Source: Bacteroidetes bacterium ADurb.Bin234 (lineage in GTDB: Bacteria; Bacteroidota; Bacteroidia; Bacteroidales; WCHB1-69). From it: a stretch of DNA of 49,671 bases. The translations under genes and the position numbers were made by a program. Shown here piece after piece: positions 1 through 7,688 of this stretch. The notes under the pieces were generated by a model, which was not told where the DNA came from, ran no database searches, and saw nothing but the letters and a program-made list of their open reading frames with translations. How positions within the stretch are numbered: the first letter of the stretch is position 1; every line of letters begins with the position of its first letter. Where the stretch lies: contig MWCE01000046.1 in NCBI GenBank assembly GCA_002069895.1, positions 1-49,671 of the forward strand, written 5' to 3'.

Positions 1-1300
1 ACCCGACCTTTACGCTATTAAATAATTTCTTTATGTAATAATTTAGCAGCTTTTTCCATTTCTTTTCGATGGTAAGCCAACTGCCTTTCGATTTTAATAG
101 GATCATAAATACTTACTAAATTAGGATTATAAGGTTTCTTTTCTTTAAGCATATTCCAAATTATAACAAGGATTTTCCTTCCTATTGCAACTATTGCTTT
201 TTTATTCGACTTACGCATTGCCAATCGGTGATATTTTTCCATAAAGTATGATCCTTTTGTTCTTGATGCTCCCCAAGCTACCTGTATTAATATTGCTCGC
301 AGATATTTATTCCCTTTGGTAATAGCTTTGCTTTTAAATTTTCCGGCACTTTCATCGTTTCTTGGACGCAATCCCGCCCATCCGGTTAACTTTCCGCTAT
401 TTTCAAAAACACTCATATCTGCTCCGGTTTCGGCTATTAAGCAAATAGCTGATATTTTACTAACCCCAGGTAGAGTTTGAAGCAAAAGCATTTCATCTTT
501 ATAATGCTTATTACAAATGCGTTCCATCTCTTTAATGCATTCTAAGGTTTGTCTTTCAAGAATGTCATAAATCTCTTTTTCCCATTTCAAAGCTTTACGA
601 TGATGATCCATTATATACCCCGTCAAGGCTTCCCGTAATTTACCACTTTGCTTGTTTTTAGTGTTGCCATATACTAGTTTCACTAAATTATCAGGATTAG
701 TTTCTCCTTTTATTAATGCTTCTATTACGATAATCACACTCTTATTGGTTAATTTACTCACACAACTACTAATACGTATATTTGCCATAACCATGATTCT
801 ATCCATTTTTGTAAGTAATTTACACTTATCCTGTTGCATCCTCATGTATTTACGACTGTAGAAACGTAATTCCTGTATGGTTGAATTTGGAATCATGCTT
901 CCTCTTATTAAGTTCTTATGTAAAAGAGTGGCTATCCATTGTGCATCTTTGATATCACTTTTTCTGCCAGGCATCTGTTTTATTAAAAATGGATTTACTA
1001 ATGTTAATTCAAAACCCATTTCCATTAAGATATTCCAAACAGGTATCCAATAAATACTTGTGCTTTCCATAGCAACTTGATTTACTCCTTCTGTCATCAA
1101 ATACTCTCCCATTTCATATATAAATCTAGTTGTGGAATCAAAAACTTTTACTTCCGATGATGTTTTTCCGTCATATATTGAACAAAAAATACTATCTTTG
1201 TGCACATCTAAACCGCATACTTTCATAATTGTAATGTATTAAAAATTAGACATAAAATAAATTAAAATTGAGACGTACCTTAATGGTTAAGCTCGCTGCA
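1..1300 (-). mobile_element. IS110-family insertion sequence (partial view; element boundaries not determinable from this window)
   Basis: Contains the IS110-type recombinase ORF at 18-1226. Only 17 nt lie beyond its stop before the window edge. The upstream boundary must lie left of ~1344, because 1344-1388 is shared with an unrelated promoter at 25716-25760. Confidence 0.45.
18..1226 (-). CDS. IS110-family transposase/recombinase (DEDD RuvC-like N-domain plus Transposase_20-type C-domain)
   Basis: 402-aa ORF. The N-terminus MKVCGLDVHKDS is typical of the family. The C-terminal half has LPGVSKISAICLIAETG (HhH-like) and RNDESAGKFKSKAITKGNKYLR (conserved Ser region). Confidence 0.9.
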   Translation of the reverse strand: MKVCGLDVHKDSIFCSIYDGKTSSEVKVFDSTTRFIYEMGEYLMTEGVNQVAMESTSIYWIPVWNILMEMGFELTLVNPFLIKQMPGRKSDIKDAQWIATLLHKNLIRGSMIPNSTIQELRFYSRKYMRMQQDKCKLLTKMDRIMVMANIRISSCVSKLTNKSVIIVIEALIKGETNPDNLVKLVYGNTKNKQSGKLREALTGYIMDHHRKALKWEKEIYDILERQTLECIKEMERICNKHYKDEMLLLQTLPGVSKISAICLIAETGADMSVFENSGKLTGWAGLRPRNDESAGKFKSKAITKGNKYLRAILIQVAWGASRTKGSYFMEKYHRLAMRKSNKKAIVAIGRKILVIIWNMLKEKKPYNPNLVSIYDPIKIERQLAYHRKEMEKAAKLLHKEII

Positions 1301-1379
1301 AAATTATGAAAGTTGCGGTTTCTTTTTTGCGAAGCAAAAACTATTTTTATCCGTCTGTGTGTAATTAGTCAATTTTATG

Positions 1380-1387
1380 TAAATTTG
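1380..1387 (+). promoter_or_regulatory. Bacteroidota -7 promoter box TAAATTTG (TAnnTTTG consensus) upstream of the lipoprotein/nadK genes
   Basis: Exact TAnnTTTG match 12 nt before the ATG at 1399. It is part of a 45-bp block repeated at 25716-25760. Confidence 0.4.
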
Positions 1388-1398
1388 CAAAAAAAAAG

Positions 1399-1776
1399 AT
1401 GAAACGATCGGTTTATTATTTTCTGTTTGTTTTGCTTCTGTTTTTGTTATCCTGTCAGAAATATGAAAGTCAAATAAAAGGTAAAGTTACTTATATAGCT
1501 CTTGATAATTCTAATGCCTACCCTGCTTTTGGCGCAGTGATGGAAAAGTTATTGGTTAAGGACGATAAAACCGAAAAAATATCGGCTGTAAGTGTTGATA
1601 CCAACGGCAATTATCTCTTTGAATACGTAACAGCAGGCCAATGGAAAATAAAAGGGACTTTTACGAGTGGAGATACCATTTATGAAGGAGTTTCCGACCT
1701 CATTCAAACCAATGGCGAAGATGTGAAAACCATTGATTTGATTTTGCATTTTAAAGATACGATTGCTAACGAATAA
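1399..1776 (+). CDS. small lipoprotein with carboxypeptidase-regulatory-like (CarboxypepD_reg) fold
   Basis: 125 aa. Signal peptide plus lipobox LLSC. GKVTY...VDTNGNYLFEYVTAGQWKIKG resembles the CarboxypepD_reg pattern. Confidence 0.6.
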   Translation: MKRSVYYFLFVLLLFLLSCQKYESQIKGKVTYIALDNSNAYPAFGAVMEKLLVKDDKTEKISAVSVDTNGNYLFEYVTAGQWKIKGTFTSGDTIYEGVSDLIQTNGEDVKTIDLILHFKDTIANE

Positions 1777-1789
1777 AAACATTAATATC

Positions 1790-2659
1790 ATGAAAATCAC
1801 CCTTTACGGGAAATCCATACAAAAAGCTTATTATCCTATTATTCAAAAAATTCTTGATTTATTATCTCAGCATGCTTCCTTAGTGTATATTTATAAACCT
1901 TTTTATGAGGCTATAAAAAACGACATGGCATTCCCTTCGAATATTTGTTCCACATGTGGCGAAGGAGCTGAAAAAGAAACCGATTTTATTTTCACCCTTG
2001 GTGGTGACGGTACTTTTCTTGACGCTTTGGATTTGGTGGTTCATTCGGGTATTCCCATGTTGGGAGTCAACATCGGGAGGTTGGGCTTTTTGTCGAGCGT
2101 GAATGTGCAAACCCTCGAACAATCGCTTATTGATATTAAAAACAAGAATTATAGTCTGGAAAAAAGAATGTTATTGCATCTCGACCCTCCTATTGAAGGG
2201 AAAAACCGCTGGGCATTAAACGACATTTGCATCCAAAGAAACGACACTTCGGGTATGATTTCCATTTCGGTAGATGTGAATGACGAATATTTAAACACCT
2301 ATTGGTGCGATGGTTTAATCATTGCCACACCCACCGGTTCAACAGCTTACTCTTTGGGTTGCGGCGGTCCTATCTTGATGCCCGATTCGGAAGTAATTGT
2401 ACTGACTCCCATTGCTTCTCATATGTTGACCGTTCGTCCGGTGGTAATTCCCGACAAGAGTTGTATACGCATAAAAGTGCAAAGTCGCAACGGAAAGTTT
2501 GTTGTCAGCTCCGACTCTAACTCCTTCACCGTTAACGAAGAGACTGCTTTATGCATTTCAAAAGAAAAATTTTATATCAATCTGATTCGCTTACCCAATC
2601 AAACTTTCTCAAAGACTTTACGCGAAAAGTTGTTGTGGGGTTTGGATAAGAGAAATTAA
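1790..2659 (+). CDS. nadK: NAD+ kinase
   Basis: GGDGTFL motif and ATPTGSTAYSLGCGGPI. Start moved to MKITLYG (ATG 1790) because the longer ORF overlaps the upstream gene. Confidence 0.9.
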   Translation: MKITLYGKSIQKAYYPIIQKILDLLSQHASLVYIYKPFYEAIKNDMAFPSNICSTCGEGAEKETDFIFTLGGDGTFLDALDLVVHSGIPMLGVNIGRLGFLSSVNVQTLEQSLIDIKNKNYSLEKRMLLHLDPPIEGKNRWALNDICIQRNDTSGMISISVDVNDEYLNTYWCDGLIIATPTGSTAYSLGCGGPILMPDSEVIVLTPIASHMLTVRPVVIPDKSCIRIKVQSRNGKFVVSSDSNSFTVNEETALCISKEKFYINLIRLPNQTFSKTLREKLLWGLDKRN

Positions 2660-2680
2660 TCAGCATTCACAAGCAAAACC

Positions 2681-4216
2681 ATGGGCGTTATTATTCGACA
2701 AAGTATTAAAGGAACAATTGTTAACTACGTAGGTGCTTTTATCGGTTTTTTAATAACCTTTTTTATCACCACCAAATTTCTGACAGCCGAAGAAATAGGC
2801 TTGGTAAGGATATTGCTGGAAGCCGGTTTGTTATTTTGTGCTTTATCACAATTGGGCATTAGCTCTTCGGGCATTCGGTTCTATCCATATTTCAAAGACG
2901 AAAGTAAAAAGGACAACGGTTTTTTCTTTTGGACTTTGTTGATTCCTTTTATAGGATTTTTGATAGTTAGCTTGTTGTATATCATTTTAAAAACACCCCT
3001 CACCTCTTATTTTTCAAACAATTCGGCTTTATTTGTCGACTATTATTATTTTGTGATTCCTCTGGGTTTTTTCTTCTTATATATGGTGGTGTTCGAAACC
3101 AATGCCAATGTGCTTATGCGCATTGTAGTGCCTAAATTCATTCGCGAAATCGGCATACGTGTTTTAACCATAACGATTTATTTATTATATGCTTTTCGTT
3201 TCATTAATCTGGATTGGTTTGTAGTTTTGTTGGTAGCTGTTTACGGCATAGCCACTTTATTGAATATTACTTATTTATTCAGCTTCAAAAAAATCTCCTT
3301 ACGTCCCGATTATTCATTTATCACCAAACCCTTACGTAAATCGTTTTTGCAATACACTTCTTTTTTAGTCTTGGCGGCGATAAGCGGAAGCATCATGGGA
3401 AAAATGGATGTTTTCATTGTAAGCGGTATGTTAGGATTGGAAGACACGGGTATTTATTCCATTGCCTTCTACATTGCTATTATTGTTGAGATCCCTTTCC
3501 GTTCATTGGTGGCCATTTCCCTTCCAGAAATATCGCAAAGCATTAAAAACAATGACATTAATCATACAAATTCCCTTTGCAAACGGGTTTCTTTACATCA
3601 ATTATTGGTTGCCTGCTTCATCTTTTTATTGATATGGATAAACATCGATTTTGTGTTTGACTTATTGCCAAACGGACATATTTACGCAGCTGGCAAATGG
3701 GTGGTGTTGTTTATCGGACTTTCTCGCTTAATCGACAGCTCTTTCGGCGTAGGTTTATCGGTATTAAATTTCTCGAAATATTATTATTATTCCTTGTTAT
3801 TCACCTTCTCTTTGGTGTTGTTAACCATATTGGGAAATCTATATTTCATTCCAATGCTCGGAATAACCGGAGCTTCATTGGCCATGTTTTTATCCTATTT
3901 TGTTTATATAGCCGCTTTACTGGTATTTTTGCAAGGGAAGCTTAAAGTGAGTCCGCTTTCTTATAATCAATTAAAAATTCTTGCCGTTGCCGCTTGGATG
4001 ATACTTTTAAGCTGGGGATGGAAACACACTCTCACTCCATGGATTTTCAATTTAAACCTTCAAGCGGTTGTCTCACTTTTTATAAATGCGGCAGGTAAAA
4101 CTTTTATCGCTTTGGGTAGCGGTTTGATATTGGTGTATGTACTGCATATTTCGGAAGATGTTAACAGCCTTGCACGTAAATACCTTGCCAAAATCGGAAT
4201 ACGGATTAAAGCATAA
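2681..4216 (+). CDS. MOP-superfamily oligosaccharide/polysaccharide flippase (Wzx/MurJ-like)
   Basis: 511 aa with about 14 hydrophobic helices throughout. Architecture is typical of polysaccharide biosynthesis/flippase proteins. Confidence 0.7.
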   Translation: MGVIIRQSIKGTIVNYVGAFIGFLITFFITTKFLTAEEIGLVRILLEAGLLFCALSQLGISSSGIRFYPYFKDESKKDNGFFFWTLLIPFIGFLIVSLLYIILKTPLTSYFSNNSALFVDYYYFVIPLGFFFLYMVVFETNANVLMRIVVPKFIREIGIRVLTITIYLLYAFRFINLDWFVVLLVAVYGIATLLNITYLFSFKKISLRPDYSFITKPLRKSFLQYTSFLVLAAISGSIMGKMDVFIVSGMLGLEDTGIYSIAFYIAIIVEIPFRSLVAISLPEISQSIKNNDINHTNSLCKRVSLHQLLVACFIFLLIWINIDFVFDLLPNGHIYAAGKWVVLFIGLSRLIDSSFGVGLSVLNFSKYYYYSLLFTFSLVLLTILGNLYFIPMLGITGASLAMFLSYFVYIAALLVFLQGKLKVSPLSYNQLKILAVAAWMILLSWGWKHTLTPWIFNLNLQAVVSLFINAAGKTFIALGSGLILVYVLHISEDVNSLARKYLAKIGIRIKA

Positions 4217-4406
4217 GACCACTATTGTTTGATAAGAGTTACAAAAAATTTCGCTTCGCTCAGAATGACAGTCTCAAACTTTGTATAGGGAAAAATATCC
4301 TTCGTTTATGAAATTTTTGACATCTCCTCAATTTCACGCTTTAAAAATTAATTAATAAGCCTTGTTTTGCACAGAAGGGGGACTTCCCTAAATTAAGACC
4401 TTATGC

Positions 4407-4495
4407 AATTCAAATCTCTCCTTATAAATTTGAATTTTCTAAGGTGAAAATTGGAATGCTCACGGTAGAAAATTCAAGGGAACGAATGAAAATTG
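4407..4495. repeat. 9-bp inverted repeat (4407-4415/4428-4436) followed by GAAAATTS motifs at 4432-4439 (inverted), 4446-4453, 4468-4475 and 4488-4495
   Basis: Read directly: AATTCAAAT...ATTTGAATT, and three direct GAAAATT(G/C) copies spaced 22 and 20 bp apart. Confidence 0.6.
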
Positions 4496-4559
4496 AAATA
4501 AGACGGCACAAAATAAAAATCCATACTAAGCCAAACAGAAAAGTAAATATCTTTTTTAT

Positions 4560-5066
4560 TTAAAAATATTTTTCTTTCAATTCATTAATACTCAAAACTT
4601 CAATAGAAGGAAGGTTGTTAAGTTTTTTATTGATGTTATGCCGGGCTTCTTCTTTATAGAGAAATTCATTATTAAAAATAAATAAAGACACATTGTGCAC
4701 CGTAATGCCACCGCCGAATAGTAAATTTTTAGAACATTTTATTTTATTTGTAAAATCTCCTTGTGACAAACTGTTTATTCCACGGCAATTTAACTTAAAG
4801 TCAACTAATAACATTTTAGTATTCTCTTTATCCTTCAATCCCAAAACCATATCTACGGATTTAGTCTTTTTTGTTATGTCTTTATCTTTACAGTTTTCTT
4901 TTACTTTATCCAATTTTAAACCGACCTCTTCATTAAACGGGCGGTTTATTTTAGATCGATTTTCGGGGTTGGTTTCTTCATAAATAATATTATTTATTTT
5001 TTCAACACATGTTGGATATGCTATTGAAAGTGGATGTAATCTTGTTGTTTCTTCACAATATTTCAT
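4560..5066 (-). CDS. hypothetical 168-aa protein, possible small PD-(D/E)xK nuclease; coupled to the upstream ATPase
   Basis: ATG lies 3 nt after the ATPase stop codon. Motif SVD72MVLG...MLLVD89FK91L sits in hydrophobic strand-like contexts. I recognise no family. Confidence 0.55.
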   Translation of the reverse strand: MKYCEETTRLHPLSIAYPTCVEKINNIIYEETNPENRSKINRPFNEEVGLKLDKVKENCKDKDITKKTKSVDMVLGLKDKENTKMLLVDFKLNCRGINSLSQGDFTNKIKCSKNLLFGGGITVHNVSLFIFNNEFLYKEEARHNINKKLNNLPSIEVLSINELKEKYF

Positions 5067-5069
5067 AAA

Positions 5070-6440
5070 CTATTCTTCGGTTGCTCCGTATTCATTTATT
5101 TTATCTAACGATAGATTAAAAGAATTAAATATTTGTTCTATATCCGTTTTAGTATGCCGGTATTCAAATTTATATTTATTTATTTCTTTGGCAAAATAAA
5201 AATTAAGCGAATTATTGTTTCTGCCTAACTCTTTTTTTGAAATATATTTGATTGCACTAACCATATCGGGACTATGACTTCCAATAAGAAAATTAACTTT
5301 TAGTTCTTTGTGTAACAATACTATTAATCGCGCATATTGAACAATCCATTCGGGATGCAGATGTGTTTCGGGTTCATCAATTATCAATAATGTTTTATCA
5401 TCTAAAAAACCATTATTATATAGAATCTGTAAAGCACTGAATGATTTTAAGCCTGTTGCACAATTAAATAAATCAAAAACATGTCCATCATTTCTTTTAT
5501 ATTTAAAGGTTTCACTATTGCTATCGTATGATGTTTCTCCGTCAATAATTTCTTCTTTTAACAAATCACTTATTTTATTCTTATTTTTACCTTTTTTTGG
5601 ACTATTTTCCAATAACGAATTTAAATCAACCCAATGAGGAACATCCGTGTCTTCAATATTTTCAACTCCAATAATCATTGGAGTATCTATATATGCAACT
5701 TTATTTATGGTTAAAAAATTAGATAATTTTTTAGCTGTTCTATTGGTCATCAATACACCTAACTCTTTTACATTGTAGTTTTTAACATTAATATTTTCCG
5801 TGAAATAGTTTTCTATTATATTATCTAATATCTTAATTGACCTTTCATCAATTAAAATATATGCTTTATTAAATTTATCTTTAACAATTTTTTTTATTTT
5901 ATCTAATAAAATTGATATATTAATATTTTCACTATTCTTCTCTTTATCAAATTCTTCTTTAAAAAACCTTGTGATTCTATAAAATCGTTGATGAAAGTTT
6001 TTATCATTTTCAATGTTAATAGATAATTCTTCATATTCTTTTTTTAATATATCAAATATTAATAATATTCTACTTTCTTGTTCTTTCAAATCTAAGGTAG
6101 AATTATAATTAAAAAATTGATAAAATTTATATTTTAAATCATTTCTTTCATATTTAAGTTCTTTCTTGTTTCCAGAATCAGATTTTCGGTAATATTCTAA
6201 TTCATGTACTAATTCATCCATAAAACGTCTTATTGGCCACAATTCATTAAAAATATTTTCGCCAATAATTCTATTAAAGTCAATAGATGTTTTAATTGTT
6301 CGATAAAGCAATTTTGAAATAGTACTTTTTCCACAACCATTAATTCCTGCTATCACTGTAATCCCATTTAGAATTATATCAGCTGTTTTAATAGCTCTAA
6401 AATCTTTTATTTCTATAGATAGTTTTGGAATGTTTTCCAT
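5070..6440 (-). CDS. ABC-type (AAA_15/AAA_21-like) ATPase with long helical insert between Walker A and Walker B
   Basis: Walker A GINGCGKST (nt 6321-6347). Signature-like ATGLKSFSAL. Walker B LLIIDEPETHLHPEW (nt 5352-5390). GSHSP H-loop region. Start set at MENIPKLSIEIKDFRAIK (ATG 6440), the usual N-terminus for this family; the ORF extends to 6524. Confidence 0.8.
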   Translation of the reverse strand: MENIPKLSIEIKDFRAIKTADIILNGITVIAGINGCGKSTISKLLYRTIKTSIDFNRIIGENIFNELWPIRRFMDELVHELEYYRKSDSGNKKELKYERNDLKYKFYQFFNYNSTLDLKEQESRILLIFDILKKEYEELSINIENDKNFHQRFYRITRFFKEEFDKEKNSENINISILLDKIKKIVKDKFNKAYILIDERSIKILDNIIENYFTENINVKNYNVKELGVLMTNRTAKKLSNFLTINKVAYIDTPMIIGVENIEDTDVPHWVDLNSLLENSPKKGKNKNKISDLLKEEIIDGETSYDSNSETFKYKRNDGHVFDLFNCATGLKSFSALQILYNNGFLDDKTLLIIDEPETHLHPEWIVQYARLIVLLHKELKVNFLIGSHSPDMVSAIKYISKKELGRNNNSLNFYFAKEINKYKFEYRHTKTDIEQIFNSFNLSLDKINEYGATEE

Positions 6441-6710
6441 AATACTTTGATTCTTTATTTTATAGAACAATAGTTCTTTGTCTGCAATTTTCAACTGCAA
6501 AAATATACAAAATTTATTAAACAAGATTAGTTTATGCTGTTTTTATTTCTTATATATAACTATTTGATTAAATCTTTGAATAGATTCATATATAGTAAGA
6601 TTTTTTATTATTTTTGCCATCATAAAAATATTAACAGAATAATAAACCCGAAAAAGTAGAAAAACCAAAACCTTCGGCAAAGTAATCATCGGCATAAAAA
6701 ACATATAATT

Positions 6711-7610
6711 ATGGATATAAAAGAATTACAACAATTGATAATCGACCATCAATCCGATATCGCTTTTGTTATCGGACAGGGAGTTCACAACTATCCTTAT
6801 CTTACTAAAAATCTTTCTTGGAATGAACTGCTCAAACAGTTATGGCAAGAACTTAACTTTCAAAACGCTGATCGTCTTCGGAAAGTAACAAATATGTATG
6901 ATTTCATTCATAATCCAGATCTTATCAATGATAAAAAAACCAACATCAATAAGGAGATAGCTCGTTTAATGAAAAAAAGAGAGCCAAAATTGGTTCATCA
7001 ATACATAGTGAGTAGAATAAAAAAACTCAATGCACCCATTCTTACCACCATTTTCGACGAAACACTCTCAAAAACTTTTAATTACAAACGTTTTATCTTG
7101 GACCAAAAGAGTTTTAACGCTTACTATCCTTGGACGGTTTATCATGCCGAAAGCCCTTTAAGCGATCCGCTCCAAGGATTCGGCATTTGGTATATAAACG
7201 GAATGATACACTATCCTTCAAGTCTTATTTATAGCAAGCAACAATGTTATAAATTGACTAATAGGTTTTTATCTTTAATTGATTCTTTAGATCAAGAAGA
7301 TTGTTTTAATAAACCAAATAACATTGTTTTAAATAGTTGGATTAATATACTTTTCAACAAATCTCTCTTTGTTTTCGGCATGGGTAATGAAATTCAAGAT
7401 GATTTTTTATCTTTTATTTTGTATGCCAGAGCAAGTTATTATAAATGTTTTCCTGAAAAGAAACATAAGAGTTGGTATGTTTGTCATGCTTTATCTCCTA
7501 TAGCCGAAGAAAACACTGTGCGTTCATTTAAAAAAAAGGATTTCGAAATTATTGAATTAAATAGCACTAAAGATGTGTATGAAAATTTGTGGTTGGACTT
7601 AAAGCTGTAA
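6711..7610 (+). CDS. stand-alone SIR2_2-like protein, with catalytic Asn/His positions apparently substituted
   Basis: Motif order matches ThsA-type SIR2. FVIGQGVH...LSWNELLKQL corresponds to FAGAGLS...SWAKLL. ILTTIFDETL corresponds to TTNYD. WYINGMIHYPSSLIYSKQQCY corresponds to YKMHGD...DDY. LFVFGMGNEIQDDFLSFIL corresponds to FLFVGFSFTDPNLDYIL. Confidence 0.6.
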   Translation: MDIKELQQLIIDHQSDIAFVIGQGVHNYPYLTKNLSWNELLKQLWQELNFQNADRLRKVTNMYDFIHNPDLINDKKTNINKEIARLMKKREPKLVHQYIVSRIKKLNAPILTTIFDETLSKTFNYKRFILDQKSFNAYYPWTVYHAESPLSDPLQGFGIWYINGMIHYPSSLIYSKQQCYKLTNRFLSLIDSLDQEDCFNKPNNIVLNSWINILFNKSLFVFGMGNEIQDDFLSFILYARASYYKCFPEKKHKSWYVCHALSPIAEENTVRSFKKKDFEIIELNSTKDVYENLWLDLKL

Positions 7611-7650
7611 CATATTCTTTCCTTATGATTATTGTTAATTGTTATTTTCT

Positions 7651-7658
7651 TACTTTTG
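7651..7658 (+). promoter_or_regulatory. -7 promoter box TACTTTTG for zupT
   Basis: TAnnTTTG match 31 nt upstream of the ATG at 7689. Confidence 0.4.
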
Positions 7659-7688
7659 CGTTGGAAACTTATCGCAAAATGTATTATT

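Noticed and set aside
652-861. 69-aa plus-strand ORF inside the IS110 transposase gene, and similar short antisense ORFs throughout the track (for example 1549-1800, 1880-2122, 8929-9147, 10438-10683, 12515-12874, 15097-15447, 32489-32880)
   Set aside because: They lie antisense or out of frame within strongly supported genes, have low-complexity or odd composition, and show no recognisable motifs. These are shadow ORFs.
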